From: a virus | Taxonomy: Duplodnaviria > Caudoviricetes | DNA: 45,649 nt | Strand: one strand, 5' to 3' | IMG/VR virus record: IMGVR_UViG_3300037755_000687 | Location: 1-45,649 of that record | In this document: positions 8,952 through 19,287 of the stretch, in pieces | Layout of the letters: each line of letters opens with the position of its first letter | Numbering within the stretch: position 1 is the stretch's first letter | The notes under the pieces: model-generated | Databases searched by the model: none | What the model was told of the DNA's origin: nothing | What the model saw: only the letters and a program-made list of their open reading frames with translations | Program-made: the position numbers and the translations under genes

Positions 8952-9773
8952 ATGCGCGGCGTAGGAGTTGTCAGCGTCACGTCGGAGCCACGCGCCGAGC
9001 TGATGTCTTTGGCTACGGCGAAGGCGCATCTGTACATCACGGAGGCTGACCAAGACGCACTGATCACAGGGCTGATCAGCTCTGCGCGCGCGCATGTGGA
9101 GGCTTTCCTTCAGCGGGCTTTGGTGCTTCAAACGCTGGAGCTTGCATTCGAACAGTTTCATGACGTCTTCCGGTTGGACCGTTCGCCGATCATGAAGTTC
9201 GGCTCAGTTCAGTATCGGGATTCTGCCGGAGCGCTGCAGACGCTAGACCCCAGCGTGTACCAAGTAGACACGCGCAGTGAGCCCGGACGCCTCGCGCGCG
9301 CATACGGGGCGGTTTGGCCGCAGTTGCGCGGCGGCGAAGATCTCCACTCGGTGTTGGTGTCGTATCAGGCGGGGTACCTTGCGTCTGCTACGGCGGACAC
9401 AGGCACGGATGCTTTCACTGTGCAAGACAATCCGTTTGCAAACGACGAGAAGGTATACGTTTCGCAAGACGGCGGCGCGGTGCCTGCGGGCATCACGGAG
9501 CATGCGCCGTACTACGTGGTAGAGACGGCGGGCAACGCTTTTAAGCTGTCGCTTACTCTGGGCGGCGCAGCGGTGGATCTCACTTCGGCTGGCTCCGGCA
9601 GTATCTTCGTCAGTCGTCGCCGCATGCCGGAGCAGTTCCGGCAAGCGATGAAGCTGGCGATCGGGCATTGGTTTGAGAACCGCGAGAGCGTGGTGGTTGG
9701 GACCATCGCGACACGCTTGCCTGACGGAGCGCGCGCATTGCTCGCTCCGTACAGGCTTCCGACTTTCACTTGA
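8952..9773 (+). CDS. Head-tail connector (gp6-like) with an inserted ~80-aa domain
   Basis: AKAHL...D.LI..LI.SAR.HVE, VSYQAGY and AMKLAIGHWFENRE motifs. Confidence 0.9.
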   Translation: MRGVGVVSVTSEPRAELMSLATAKAHLYITEADQDALITGLISSARAHVEAFLQRALVLQTLELAFEQFHDVFRLDRSPIMKFGSVQYRDSAGALQTLDPSVYQVDTRSEPGRLARAYGAVWPQLRGGEDLHSVLVSYQAGYLASATADTGTDAFTVQDNPFANDEKVYVSQDGGAVPAGITEHAPYYVVETAGNAFKLSLTLGGAAVDLTSAGSGSIFVSRRRMPEQFRQAMKLAIGHWFENRESVVVGTIATRLPDGARALLAPYRLPTFT

Positions 9774-9782
9774 GGCCGCGCC

Positions 9783-10118
9783 ATGGCGACCCGTGCGCGG
9801 TTAGGACAAATGCGGCATCGGGTGCAGCTACAGCGCTCGGCCAAGACACCTGATGGTGGTGGCGGCAACGTGAAGACATGGAATACGTATGCGACTGTCT
9901 ATGGCTTTTTGCAGCCGCTCACAGGTACCGAGCCGACTGAGGGGCAGCACCCCATGGCCAAGATAACGCATGAGCTGACGCTGCATTACCGGGCGGGCGT
10001 ATTGCCTGATGATCGTGTGCTGTATGGCTCTCGACCCATGCAGATTCGGCAGATTCTCAATATGGATGAGCGTGGGCGGCGGTTACGCTTGCAGCTCGAG
10101 GAAGGTGTGGCGACTTGA
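9783..10118 (+). CDS. Head closure / head-tail adaptor (SPP1 gp16-like)
   Basis: GQMRHRVQLQR...DGGGG...W motif and gene order. Confidence 0.85.
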   Translation: MATRARLGQMRHRVQLQRSAKTPDGGGGNVKTWNTYATVYGFLQPLTGTEPTEGQHPMAKITHELTLHYRAGVLPDDRVLYGSRPMQIRQILNMDERGRRLRLQLEEGVAT

Positions 10119-10120
10119 TC

Positions 10121-10546
10121 ATGGCTACCCGCAAGCCGCGCAACAAGATGCAGAAGGCGCACCGCCGTGCCAGCGGGTTCAATTCGTTGAGGCGGAATAT
10201 CCGGAAGTACGGCGATCAGATGGGGACCGAGCTTCAGAAGATTGCAGTGCTTACGGGCATTCGCGTGCGTGACCGCGCAACGCAGACTCTGCGTACCGGC
10301 AGCGGGCGTGCGCCTGATCCGCAGACGTATGAGCTTGCGAACAGCGTGGTGTTGGTGATTCAGAAACGTAATGTGCGCGTGGGCACTCCTGTGAAGCATG
10401 GTTTTTATCAGGAGTTCGGCACCACGCGACATAAGGCGCATCCGTGGCTGTTTCCGTCGCTCAATGCGGAGAAGAAGTTCTACGCAGCGCAGTTGCAGAG
10501 CCTGCATGCGCGCGCGGTCAAAGGCATCAAGCCGGAGGATGATTAA
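10121..10546 (+). CDS. HK97 gp10-like tail component
   Basis: YQEFGT...AHPWLFPS motif. Confidence 0.8.
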   Translation: MATRKPRNKMQKAHRRASGFNSLRRNIRKYGDQMGTELQKIAVLTGIRVRDRATQTLRTGSGRAPDPQTYELANSVVLVIQKRNVRVGTPVKHGFYQEFGTTRHKAHPWLFPSLNAEKKFYAAQLQSLHARAVKGIKPEDD

Positions 10547-10935
10547 TGCCTTCCGCACAATGGGCTCTTCAGCAAGCGGTGTATGGCGTGGTCTCGCCCG
10601 CCATTGCGCCGAAGCTTCTGCTGGACTCAGTCCCACAAGAGCCTGCCTATCCGTACATGCACATCGGGGAGTTCTTTGGTGGCGATTGGGACACGGATGA
10701 TTCCGTGGGACGCGAAATCTTTTTCAATCTCCACTCGTGGAGCCGGTACGATGGTACTAAGGAACTTCACGAGTTGATGGATGCAGTTAAGGCGGTGTTG
10801 CACAATCAACAATTCGTGGTGAGTGGCGAAGTGATGGTGCTGTGCTTGCTGGATTATATGAACACCAATCTCGACCCTGACGGGCTGACGCGTCATGGTG
10901 TGCAGCGTTTCCGTGTGCTGATGGAAGGCACGTAG
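10546..10935 (+). CDS. Tail terminator / completion protein (DUF3168-like)
   Basis: ALQQAVY, D.VP...YPY..IG and DPDG.TRHGV..FR motifs. Confidence 0.85.
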   Translation: MPSAQWALQQAVYGVVSPAIAPKLLLDSVPQEPAYPYMHIGEFFGGDWDTDDSVGREIFFNLHSWSRYDGTKELHELMDAVKAVLHNQQFVVSGEVMVLCLLDYMNTNLDPDGLTRHGVQRFRVLMEGT

Positions 10936-10960
10936 TCTTTTTCAATGAAAGGAGTTTGAC

Positions 10961-11374
10961 ATGCCAGCATTCGCAGGTCCGGTGAAGGGAAGAGTTGTCC
11001 TTGTGAAGCGTGGCACGCTTGCGTCGGAGGTACTCGTAGCAGGCGTGCGCACCAAGGGCGTGTCCATCAACGCGGAGCCGATCGACGTCACCAACGACGA
11101 CGACGCTCAATGGGCGACCAAGCTGGTCGACGCGGGACAGGTCGCGGTTAGCATCTCGGTTGCAGGTGTGGCCAAGAACCACACGCTGCTCGCCGAGGCG
11201 CTGGCGGCGGGCGACCGCGTGCAGTCCACGGTCTTCGAATACCCGGGAGGCGGCAAGATTCAAGCTGATTTCTTCCTCTCCAGCTACGCCGAGAACGGCG
11301 AATACAACGGTGCAGCTACGTTCGAAGCTGAGTTCCAGTCCACGGGTGCCGTCGTCTACACGCCCGGCGTATAA
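10961..11374 (+). CDS. Tail tube (major tail) protein, GTA/TP901-like
   Basis: GVRTK..SIN.E.IDVT..D and GEYNG.ATF...FQS.G motifs; SD AAGGAG. Confidence 0.85.
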   Translation: MPAFAGPVKGRVVLVKRGTLASEVLVAGVRTKGVSINAEPIDVTNDDDAQWATKLVDAGQVAVSISVAGVAKNHTLLAEALAAGDRVQSTVFEYPGGGKIQADFFLSSYAENGEYNGAATFEAEFQSTGAVVYTPGV

Positions 11375-11392
11375 CGGAAGGATGCCACTGCC

Positions 11393-11788
11393 ATGAGCAT
11401 CTTTGCCGAAGTGAAGTTGAAATGGGGCGAGCGTGAGTACACTATCGCGCCCGATGACATGTTGCGTTGTATCGCCAAGGTGGAGGACGTCATCACGCTG
11501 GCGGAGTTGCATGCTTTTCAGCAGCGAGAGGCGTTGCCGTATGCAAAGCTAGCGATGGCGTTTGCTATCATGCTGCAGCATGCGGGCGCGCAAGTGACCG
11601 AGATGGACGTCTACGACGCCATGTTTCGGAACGAGCCGGGTACGGATCGACGCGAATTGGCGATGCGCGCAGTGCGTCAACTGTTGGTGCTGATGATCCC
11701 GCCCGAGCATCTGCGCAAAGCCCCTACCGAAGAGGAGGCCGCGCAAGTCGAGGGAAAGTCCGTAGCAGCGGCGGGCGCTGCGGCCTAG
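11393..11788 (+). CDS. Tail assembly chaperone (gpG equivalent)
   Basis: Between the tail tube and tape measure genes; slippery GGGAAAG near the 3' end. Confidence 0.85.
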   Translation: MSIFAEVKLKWGEREYTIAPDDMLRCIAKVEDVITLAELHAFQQREALPYAKLAMAFAIMLQHAGAQVTEMDVYDAMFRNEPGTDRRELAMRAVRQLLVLMIPPEHLRKAPTEEEAAQVEGKSVAAAGAAA

Positions 11789-11970
11789 TAGAAGAAGCGT
11801 ACAAGCTCGCCACCGTAGGATGGGGTATGCCGCCGGAACAATTCTGGAGGCTCAGCCCCATAGAATTTTGGTGGCAAGTTGATGCCCGCCGCTCGAAGGA
11901 TGCTAGGTATGGTCCGTTGAGTGAAGACGATGTAGCAGAAATCTACACGGAGATGCAGAAAGCGCGCTGA
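11393..11970 (+). CDS. Tail assembly chaperone, -1 frameshifted product (gpGT equivalent)
   Basis: G GGA AAG at 11752-11758 in the zero frame. The -1 frame stays open to 11970 and encodes GWGMPPEQFWRLSPIEFW. Confidence 0.85.
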
Positions 11971-11974
11971 CCTG

Positions 11975-13957
11975 ATGGCACTTGCTCAAACAATTGGAGC
12001 TCTCTCGGTTGTAATCGGCGGCGATACCGGACCGCTGCGGAAAGCACTTGGAGACGCTGAGCGAGAAGTAGACAAGTTCGAAGTCAGTTTAGACACCGCT
12101 GTCGCTGCCGCTAGCGCGCTCGCGGCGGGCGCTGCTGTGGCAGGCGTAGCAGTCGCGGCGATGATCAAGAAGTCGCTGGCCAATGCAGATGCCGTGCACA
12201 AGATGGCACAGTCTGCGGGCGTGGCGACCAAGACGTTTTCGGAATTGGCGTACGCTGCGGGACTGGCAGGCGTAGACTCCGCCGCGCTGGGCACTGCGCT
12301 AGCGCGCGCTAACCGTAACATCGCGGACGCGGCTGCGGGCACTGGCGACGCGGTGCGTGCGTTTGACGCGCTTGGCATCTCGGCCAAGAATGCTGACGGC
12401 AGTTTGAAGAGCGCTGATACGGTGATGGAAGAAGTCGCCGATCAGTTCGCTGGCATGGAGGATGGGGCTTCCAAGTCTGCGCTTGCCATGATGATCTTCG
12501 GGCGTGCGGGCGCTACGATGATTCCGCTGCTCAATGCAGGTAGTGCGGGCATGCGTGAGGCACGTGAGGAGGCTCGACTGCTAGGCGTGGCTATTGATAG
12601 CGAGGCTGGCCGCGCTGCTGAGGTCTTCAACGATAATCTGTCGCGGCTGGGCAGTGTACTGGATGGCTTCGGCAACAAGCTCGCTGCGGAATTTGTCGGT
12701 CCACTTAACGACGCAACTGATCAGTTAGTAGCTGCGGCGAAGTACTCCAAAGAATTCAAGGACACGTTGGACAGCGCGGTCAAGTTCATCAAGACTTCTG
12801 TGTTGACGGTGTTCCAGACGTTTGGTGTAGTAGGGTCAGACATCGCCTTTGTGTTCCGCATGCTGGGCGGCGAGATCGGTGCTATTGCTGCACAGTTTGC
12901 AGCGATTGCGCGATTGGACTTCAAGGGTGCGCGGCTCATTGGCGAAGAGTGGACGCGGGACGCAGCGCAGGCGCGTGCGGACCTAGATGATTTCCAGAAG
13001 CGTCTCATGGCTCTGGGCGAGAAGCCCACCACTGCAGAGAATCTTTTAGGAGATGAGCTCGGTACAGGTGCGCCTGCTGCAGCTAAGCGCAAGGGTCCAG
13101 TCATTCAGTCCAGCACGGATGTGAACAAGGCGCTCAATGCGGAGAAGGCGGCGCAGGCAGAGTCCATCAAAGGATGGATTGCACACGCAGAAGCGGTGTT
13201 TGCTGCAGCCGAGGCTGAGCTTCTGGAGCTTGCCAAGATAAATGAAATCAAGTTCGAGGCAGCGGAGAAGGGGCTTGAATCCACGATGGCATTTTTGGCC
13301 ACCGAGGAACAATTGCAGGAAGAGGCGCATGCCAAGAGGCTTGAACAATTGTTGGCTGCGCGGCAGGCGGAGCTCGTCACGCAAGAGGAATTCGATAATC
13401 TAGCCGAAACGCTGGAGTACAGACATCAGAAGAAATTGTCGGAGATTGCTTACAAAGGTTTGTCTGAGCGGGAGAAGTTCTCCCGTATGTCTATGTTGCA
13501 GCAAGCCAAGACCATTTTCGGTGAGCTCAGCAACATCACGGCGGGGGTATCTCAACACAATAAGAAACTTTTCAATCTGAACAAAGTGGCGGGCATTGCT
13601 AATGCGGTGGTCAATGCGTACATCGGTATTAGCAAGACGCTTGCTGCGTATCCGTTCCCGTTCAACGTGGCGCTTGCTGCGGCGCACGCTGCTGCTGCCT
13701 TTGCGCAGGTGAGCGCTATCCGCAGCGCCACCTTTGGCGGGGGCGGCGGTGCTGCGCCCAGCTTGGCAGGCGGCACGGCGGCAACACCTGTGACGTCTGT
13801 GCAGGGTGGAGACCCCAGCGCGGCGCGCGGCGCGGGGCAGCATACGACTTTTGTGCTGCCTGAATCCAGCTTTGTCAGCACGCAGGCAGTGCGTGAAATG
13901 CTCGTGGCTTATTCAGAAGAAGTACAAGCCAATGGCGGAAGGATGACAGTGCGATGA
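11975..13957 (+). CDS. Tape measure protein
   Basis: 660 aa, Ala-rich and helical, IGAL.V.IGGD N-terminus, directly after the chaperone. Confidence 0.92.
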   Translation: MALAQTIGALSVVIGGDTGPLRKALGDAEREVDKFEVSLDTAVAAASALAAGAAVAGVAVAAMIKKSLANADAVHKMAQSAGVATKTFSELAYAAGLAGVDSAALGTALARANRNIADAAAGTGDAVRAFDALGISAKNADGSLKSADTVMEEVADQFAGMEDGASKSALAMMIFGRAGATMIPLLNAGSAGMREAREEARLLGVAIDSEAGRAAEVFNDNLSRLGSVLDGFGNKLAAEFVGPLNDATDQLVAAAKYSKEFKDTLDSAVKFIKTSVLTVFQTFGVVGSDIAFVFRMLGGEIGAIAAQFAAIARLDFKGARLIGEEWTRDAAQARADLDDFQKRLMALGEKPTTAENLLGDELGTGAPAAAKRKGPVIQSSTDVNKALNAEKAAQAESIKGWIAHAEAVFAAAEAELLELAKINEIKFEAAEKGLESTMAFLATEEQLQEEAHAKRLEQLLAARQAELVTQEEFDNLAETLEYRHQKKLSEIAYKGLSEREKFSRMSMLQQAKTIFGELSNITAGVSQHNKKLFNLNKVAGIANAVVNAYIGISKTLAAYPFPFNVALAAAHAAAAFAQVSAIRSATFGGGGGAAPSLAGGTAATPVTSVQGGDPSAARGAGQHTTFVLPESSFVSTQAVREMLVAYSEEVQANGGRMTVR

Positions 13958-14787
13958 TTGTGTTTCCGCAGGGATTGGTTGCAGAGCTTGCTGTTACGGC
14001 TGCGCCGCTAACGCATGGGCGGATCGGCTATAAGACTTTCACTCGCGGCGCGCTGCCTTCAAGCGTTACGGTTAGCGGCGATACGCCTGACGGTCCTGCA
14101 GATGCACCGCTCCGCCCCGATACGAACGAGTACTGGCAAGGACCATCGCTCCCGGCCACGTGGACGTTCATATTTCCCGACGGTCTGGCTGATGTGAACT
14201 ACGCTGGGATCGTTGGGCATACGATCGGTAGTAGCGGTGCTGCAGTGAAAGCGGAGACGAGCCCTGACGGAGTTGATTGGGAGGATCTCGGTGGTGAAGT
14301 TTCTCCTGCTGATGATTCGCCGATCATGTTTTTAGATAGCGTGCGCAGTGCCAATCGGCTGCGGCTTACGCTCACAGGCGCGGGCGCAGTGCCGCGCGTG
14401 GCTGTGGTGTATGTGGAGAAGACGCTCGATTTTTATCGGCCTATCTACGGTGGGCATTCGCCGCTGTCGCTGTCGCGTGATACGGTGTTGCAAAGTTCGG
14501 TGTCGCGCGGTGGGCAGTTTCTTGGGCAGACGATACAGAGCATGGGCGTGAGCGGTTCGGTTCAATTGAACAACATGCCTGCTGCGTGGTATCGTGCGAA
14601 TTTTGATCCGTTCGTGGAAGTGGCGCGCAGCTATCCGTATTTCTACGCTTGGCGTCCGCAGACCTTCCCATTGGAAGTCGTTTATCTGTGGAATACGGCT
14701 GACCTTTCCCCGAGCAATCAAGGCAAACGAGATTTAATGGAAGTGTCGTGGAATGTTCGGGGTATTGGCTGGGTGCGCAATGCCTGA
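13954..14787 (+). CDS. Putative distal tail protein
   Basis: ATGA overlap with the tape measure gene; position. Confidence 0.65.
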   Translation: MIVFPQGLVAELAVTAAPLTHGRIGYKTFTRGALPSSVTVSGDTPDGPADAPLRPDTNEYWQGPSLPATWTFIFPDGLADVNYAGIVGHTIGSSGAAVKAETSPDGVDWEDLGGEVSPADDSPIMFLDSVRSANRLRLTLTGAGAVPRVAVVYVEKTLDFYRPIYGGHSPLSLSRDTVLQSSVSRGGQFLGQTIQSMGVSGSVQLNNMPAAWYRANFDPFVEVARSYPYFYAWRPQTFPLEVVYLWNTADLSPSNQGKRDLMEVSWNVRGIGWVRNA

Positions 14788-17407
14788 CAACCAGACCGTA
14801 GTTTTCTTTGAGTTCGATCAGCCCGAGTGTGAGCGTGTATATGGTACGGGGCTGTGCGTGGCAGCGCTCGGTACGACCGGGACGCACAAGTGCTTCAACA
14901 CTCGCAAGACGTGCCAAGACCCGGCGAACTATTCCCCCACCGTAATCAAGGTGCATCGCTTTGCAGTAGGACAAGACGGTCTGCTGCAATACGGAACGGT
15001 ACTGCCGTTCATGTTGGCTGCGCCTAGCGTTGCGCCGGGAGAGATCAACCTCGGCGGCATGGAGAAGAGCGCGAGCGCCTTCGGCCGACGTGAGGAAGCT
15101 ACCATCCGCATGCAGGACGGGAAGCATAGCGATCATCGCTTCGACAAATACAGACTTGAACGATTCACAGGCGATGCTTCATTGTTCGGTTCTGGTACTG
15201 CGAGTGCGGGTACATCGACCAGCATTACGTTAGAAGAAGCAATCGATGATCTCGAAGGAAAGACCATCAGGACAACTGGCGGCACTGGCAGCGGACAGGA
15301 GCGTGTGGTACTCTCAGTGAACGGCCTTGTTGCTACGGTTGCTGCGTGGAGCGTCACACCTGATGCGACGACTACGTACACGGTACACGATGCCTACGAT
15401 CCGTACGAGCGCGGCACGTTTTGGCCGCGCTGGTTAGCGCGCAATCCGTATTACGTGAACTATCGCTGCCGCATACGGCGTGGCTTGATGGGGCAGGCGC
15501 TTGAAGATATGCGTGTGTGGTATTACATCATGACCAACATCGCCGGGGTGTCTGAAGGTAAGGTCACGATCAAGGTTAAAGATTTATTCAGCAAGGTGGA
15601 AGCACGCAAGGCTGTGTTTCCTGCGCCATCGCTCGGCGAGCTTAATGGAAATTTGACTGGTTCGCCCGCGACGTTCAGCGTGTTGCCCACAGGCATCGGC
15701 GATACTGCAGATGTGGACGGCGGCTATGCTTCGATCACGGCCTCGGTTGAAGGGCATGTGGTCATCGGCAAAGAAGCCATTCGTGCTACGCGCACGGGTG
15801 ATACCTTCACCGTCGCGCAACGCGGCGCGCTCGGTACAACGCAAGAAGATCATGACGATGCCGATCTGGTGCAGCTTGTCGGTTACTTGAACGGGCAGGT
15901 GCACAATAACATTTACACGTTGCTGACCGCTTACGCGGGCGTGCCTGCGGCTGATATCCCAAAGAGCGAATGGGACGTCAAAGTGCAGGTCATGTCGCCT
16001 AACGTATACACCGCATACGTGCCCGAACCGACGCCTGTCGACGACTTGTGCGGCGAGCTGATGGAACAGGCGGGCTGTACAGTATGGGCGGATACCAGCA
16101 CCGGGCGCATCGAATTTGTGCCGCTGGTGCCAGTTGCGCCCAATGTGACCATAGACGACACGGACATCGTCGATGGTTCATTGGCTTTGCCAAAGCAGGA
16201 ATCCAAGCGCATCTCTCGCGCACTGCTGTACTTCGGTATCAGGGATATTGTCGAAGGCATCGACAACGCGAGTAACTTTCATGCGCGCGTTATATCCCCT
16301 GATTTGTCGGCTGAAGACTCGACGCAGTATGGCGAAATGTCGTTGCGCATAGTGCATAGCCGCTGGATTGCGCAAGGCGGGACTGTGAGCGCGACGCAGA
16401 CGGTGACTCGGTTGCTTTCTATCTACCGCGATCCGCCTCGGCAAGCGGATTTCAAATTGCATGCGGTAAGCGCGGAGGCGGTTCCGCTTTCGTTGGCTGT
16501 GCCTTTCGTGCTTGAGACTGCGGACGTACAAAATGCAATCGGCAAACAGGAAGGGTTGACCATGGTGCCGATCAAGATCAACGCAACTGAGGCGCAGGCT
16601 ACAATCAGTGCGCAGCAGATGCGGTGGGCAATTGATCTTGGCGATCCCAATGTGCGCGAGATATTCATTACCGATGATACGACGAACGTCACTTTGCGCA
16701 CTATGCACGATGCGTTGTACATACCGCCTATAGGATCAGAGACGGTTACGTTCGAGAACGGCGAAGGCGTTATCGTCGGGTCTTTGTCTACTTCTTCCCC
16801 TGCGATGGATACAGGTTTGTGGCCTGCGGGCGTCGATCTGTATCTGAACAATTTCGGCCGCGTGCAAGGCAAGGGCGGCGCGGCTGGCAATGGTGGCGAT
16901 TGGAATTTAGGCAACGGCACTGCGGGGCAAGCCGGAGGATTGGCGTTGCTCGCGCGGTACGCGATAACCATTGACAATGAGTTCGGAGAAATCTGGGGCG
17001 GCGGCGGCGGCGGCGGCGCTGGTGGTGAGACACATTTATTCAATGTCTCCGGCGTCGGTGGCAGCGGAGGCGGCGGCGGTAGCGGGTACTTGTCGGGTAC
17101 AGGTGGATCAGGTGGCGCTGGACAAGTTCCTCTTCACAATGGGCTACCGGGCAGCGCAGGAACGACTGAAGCAGGCGGCGCAGGCGGCGGCAGGGTAAAC
17201 GGCGGCGGCGGTGCGCGCAATGGTGCAGGCGGCACAGGTGGCGCACCCGGCGCGGCTGGTGCAGCGGGGGAGTCTGGCTTTTGGCCAGGATTTCCGACAG
17301 GCGGCAGCACTAACCCGACAGCAGGCGGCGCGGCTGGTGCGGCGGTGAACGGTAATAGCTTTATCACATGGACGAATATGGGCAGCAGACTGGGAGCGAT
17401 CACATGA
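14780..17407 (+). CDS. Tail tip / hub protein with a Gly-rich C-terminal domain
   Basis: N-terminal Cys cluster (C...C...KCFNT..TC), long Gly-rich C-terminus, position. Start ATG 14780. Confidence 0.7.
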   Translation: MPDNQTVVFFEFDQPECERVYGTGLCVAALGTTGTHKCFNTRKTCQDPANYSPTVIKVHRFAVGQDGLLQYGTVLPFMLAAPSVAPGEINLGGMEKSASAFGRREEATIRMQDGKHSDHRFDKYRLERFTGDASLFGSGTASAGTSTSITLEEAIDDLEGKTIRTTGGTGSGQERVVLSVNGLVATVAAWSVTPDATTTYTVHDAYDPYERGTFWPRWLARNPYYVNYRCRIRRGLMGQALEDMRVWYYIMTNIAGVSEGKVTIKVKDLFSKVEARKAVFPAPSLGELNGNLTGSPATFSVLPTGIGDTADVDGGYASITASVEGHVVIGKEAIRATRTGDTFTVAQRGALGTTQEDHDDADLVQLVGYLNGQVHNNIYTLLTAYAGVPAADIPKSEWDVKVQVMSPNVYTAYVPEPTPVDDLCGELMEQAGCTVWADTSTGRIEFVPLVPVAPNVTIDDTDIVDGSLALPKQESKRISRALLYFGIRDIVEGIDNASNFHARVISPDLSAEDSTQYGEMSLRIVHSRWIAQGGTVSATQTVTRLLSIYRDPPRQADFKLHAVSAEAVPLSLAVPFVLETADVQNAIGKQEGLTMVPIKINATEAQATISAQQMRWAIDLGDPNVREIFITDDTTNVTLRTMHDALYIPPIGSETVTFENGEGVIVGSLSTSSPAMDTGLWPAGVDLYLNNFGRVQGKGGAAGNGGDWNLGNGTAGQAGGLALLARYAITIDNEFGEIWGGGGGGGAGGETHLFNVSGVGGSGGGGGSGYLSGTGGSGGAGQVPLHNGLPGSAGTTEAGGAGGGRVNGGGGARNGAGGTGGAPGAAGAAGESGFWPGFPTGGSTNPTAGGAAGAAVNGNSFITWTNMGSRLGAIT

Positions 17408-18774
17408 GTTTCGGAATTTACAATAGCAACGCATTTCGCAATGCGAGCGGAGTGGTCAATATCTCTGCTAGCGCGAACGTGGAAGTGCGCCGCGAGAGCG
17501 ACGGCGGGCTGGCTTCCATCTTCTCCGATCGCGCAGGCACCGCCGCGATCACGCAAGTTGCGTATCCTGGTACCACCGGGTTCAAAGCCAATGCCAGCGG
17601 GTATTTTGAATTCTTCGCCGCTGGCGGCACTGAAGGTTACAAGGTGCGCGTGTACAGTGACGACTTGACGCTGGACAAGACCGTGCGCTATCAGCGCACC
17701 GGGACTGCAGGCGAGCACGACGCAGGCGTGACTGGCGCACAGTTGATGGGTACGACTAATCCGGCGGGTGCGCGCACGATTTTGGAAACGTATTCGCAGG
17801 CAGAAGTCGTAGCTCTGCTTGCGGTACGCATCGGAACGATGGCTTTCGTGCCTGCGTTTGCCGATGTGAGCGCCATTGCGTTCGATTGCGATGGTGCAGC
17901 CTATTCGCGTACAACTTATGCCACGCTCTCCGCCAAAATGGTGAAGAGCGCCACGGCGACGATTACCATCGCATCGCCGGGTGTTGTAACGTGGACAGCG
18001 CACGGGCTGCAGAATCACATGCCGGTGAAGTTTACTACGACGGGCGCGCTACCGACAGGTCTCCTTGTCGGACACACATATTGGGTCATTAACAAGGCGA
18101 CTGATACCTTTCAACTTTCGTTAGTGCCCGGCGGAACGGCAATCAACACCAGTGGCACGCAGAGCGGCGTGCACACAGCGATTAGTGCGCCGCATGGTGA
18201 TGGCGATGGAAGCACGACGTTCAACGTGCCGGACATGCGCGACCAAGTGCCGGTCGGGTACGGTGCGGCCACGCTGGCGGAGACATTCAACTCGGCGCAG
18301 GTCGACGCGGGTACCGATAACATCACCATCAAGGGCAATCATGTTGCGTGGGTCACAGGGATGCAAATTGACTTGCAGACTTCCGGCACGCTGCCCACAG
18401 GCTTGACTGCTGGTACGAACTACATCGTGCGGACAGGTAACAACACGATCAAGATCGCAACCTCGCTAGCCAATGCGCAGAATGGTACTGTGGTCAACAT
18501 CACCGGCGCAGGCAGCGGCGATCACACGATCACGCATACACGCATCGTACGTGGCCTTGGCGAAGGTGGCGGCGAAGACGCGCATGCGATGAGTCTGACT
18601 GAATTGCTCAGCCATCAGCATTCGATGATGTCTAGCACCGGGTATACGCTCGGCGGCACTGATAATAGAACAATCCCAGGGTCTAGTGTTCTCACAAGTG
18701 CTGCTGGTGGCAATGCGGCGATGAACATCGCGCAGCCGTTCAAAGGCGGGCGTTGGGTCGTATATCACACATAG
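17404..18774 (+). CDS. Tail fibre with a split tail-collar domain
   Basis: CDGAAYSRTTYATL...GDGSTTFNVPDMR and GGEDAH.MS..EL.SHQH collar and fibre motifs. ATGA overlap at 17404. Confidence 0.8.
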   Translation: MSFGIYNSNAFRNASGVVNISASANVEVRRESDGGLASIFSDRAGTAAITQVAYPGTTGFKANASGYFEFFAAGGTEGYKVRVYSDDLTLDKTVRYQRTGTAGEHDAGVTGAQLMGTTNPAGARTILETYSQAEVVALLAVRIGTMAFVPAFADVSAIAFDCDGAAYSRTTYATLSAKMVKSATATITIASPGVVTWTAHGLQNHMPVKFTTTGALPTGLLVGHTYWVINKATDTFQLSLVPGGTAINTSGTQSGVHTAISAPHGDGDGSTTFNVPDMRDQVPVGYGAATLAETFNSAQVDAGTDNITIKGNHVAWVTGMQIDLQTSGTLPTGLTAGTNYIVRTGNNTIKIATSLANAQNGTVVNITGAGSGDHTITHTRIVRGLGEGGGEDAHAMSLTELLSHQHSMMSSTGYTLGGTDNRTIPGSSVLTSAAGGNAAMNIAQPFKGGRWVVYHT

Positions 18775-18784
18775 GAGAGCGGCT

Positions 18785-19036
18785 ATGAAATACAGCGTTG
18801 TAGAAGTATTGCAAGATGGGCGCAGCTATGCGCGTGTAGAGGATGATGATGGCACGCGCTTCGGGCAAGTTGTCGATTTGCGTCAGTGCGAAACAGTCGA
18901 AGAACGTGATGATGCGGTACGGATCGCGGTATTGACAGCGCGCGCGATCCGCGTTGCGTTGCAAAAAATTGAAACCGCGTCTACGCGCGGCTTTACGCTC
19001 GATGAAGAGCGCGTAGTTGCAAGCACCAAAACATAA
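18785..19036 (+). CDS. Hypothetical protein
   Basis: SD AGGAG, 83 aa. Confidence 0.65.
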   Translation: MKYSVVEVLQDGRSYARVEDDDGTRFGQVVDLRQCETVEERDDAVRIAVLTARAIRVALQKIETASTRGFTLDEERVVASTKT

Positions 19037-19044
19037 GAGAGGGG

Positions 19045-19287
19045 ATGATGGACGCGATACTTGCAGCTATCGCAAAAGTAATTGAAGTTCTGTTTACCAA
19101 TCCGCAGCACATTGCGTTGCTGGTGAGCATAGCAGCGAACGTGGCGATGGCTTGGTTCATCATGATCATGCGCAAGGAAGATCGCGCCGATGGGCAGAAC
19201 ATGACCACGGCGCTCAGTTCGCTGACCGAAGCGGTGAACAAAATGCGCATTGTGGTTGCTGCCGCGTTGCGGAGCGATGACGTATGA
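19045..19287 (+). CDS. Small membrane protein, holin or antiholin candidate
   Basis: Hydrophobic segment IALLVSIAANVAMAWFIMIM; lies in the lysis region. Confidence 0.55.
   Translation: MMDAILAAIAKVIEVLFTNPQHIALLVSIAANVAMAWFIMIMRKEDRADGQNMTTALSSLTEAVNKMRIVVAAALRSDDV

Noticed and set aside
16995-17350. GGC-rich low-complexity tract as a DNA repeat element
   Set aside because: It is explained by the poly-Gly coding region of the tail tip protein.
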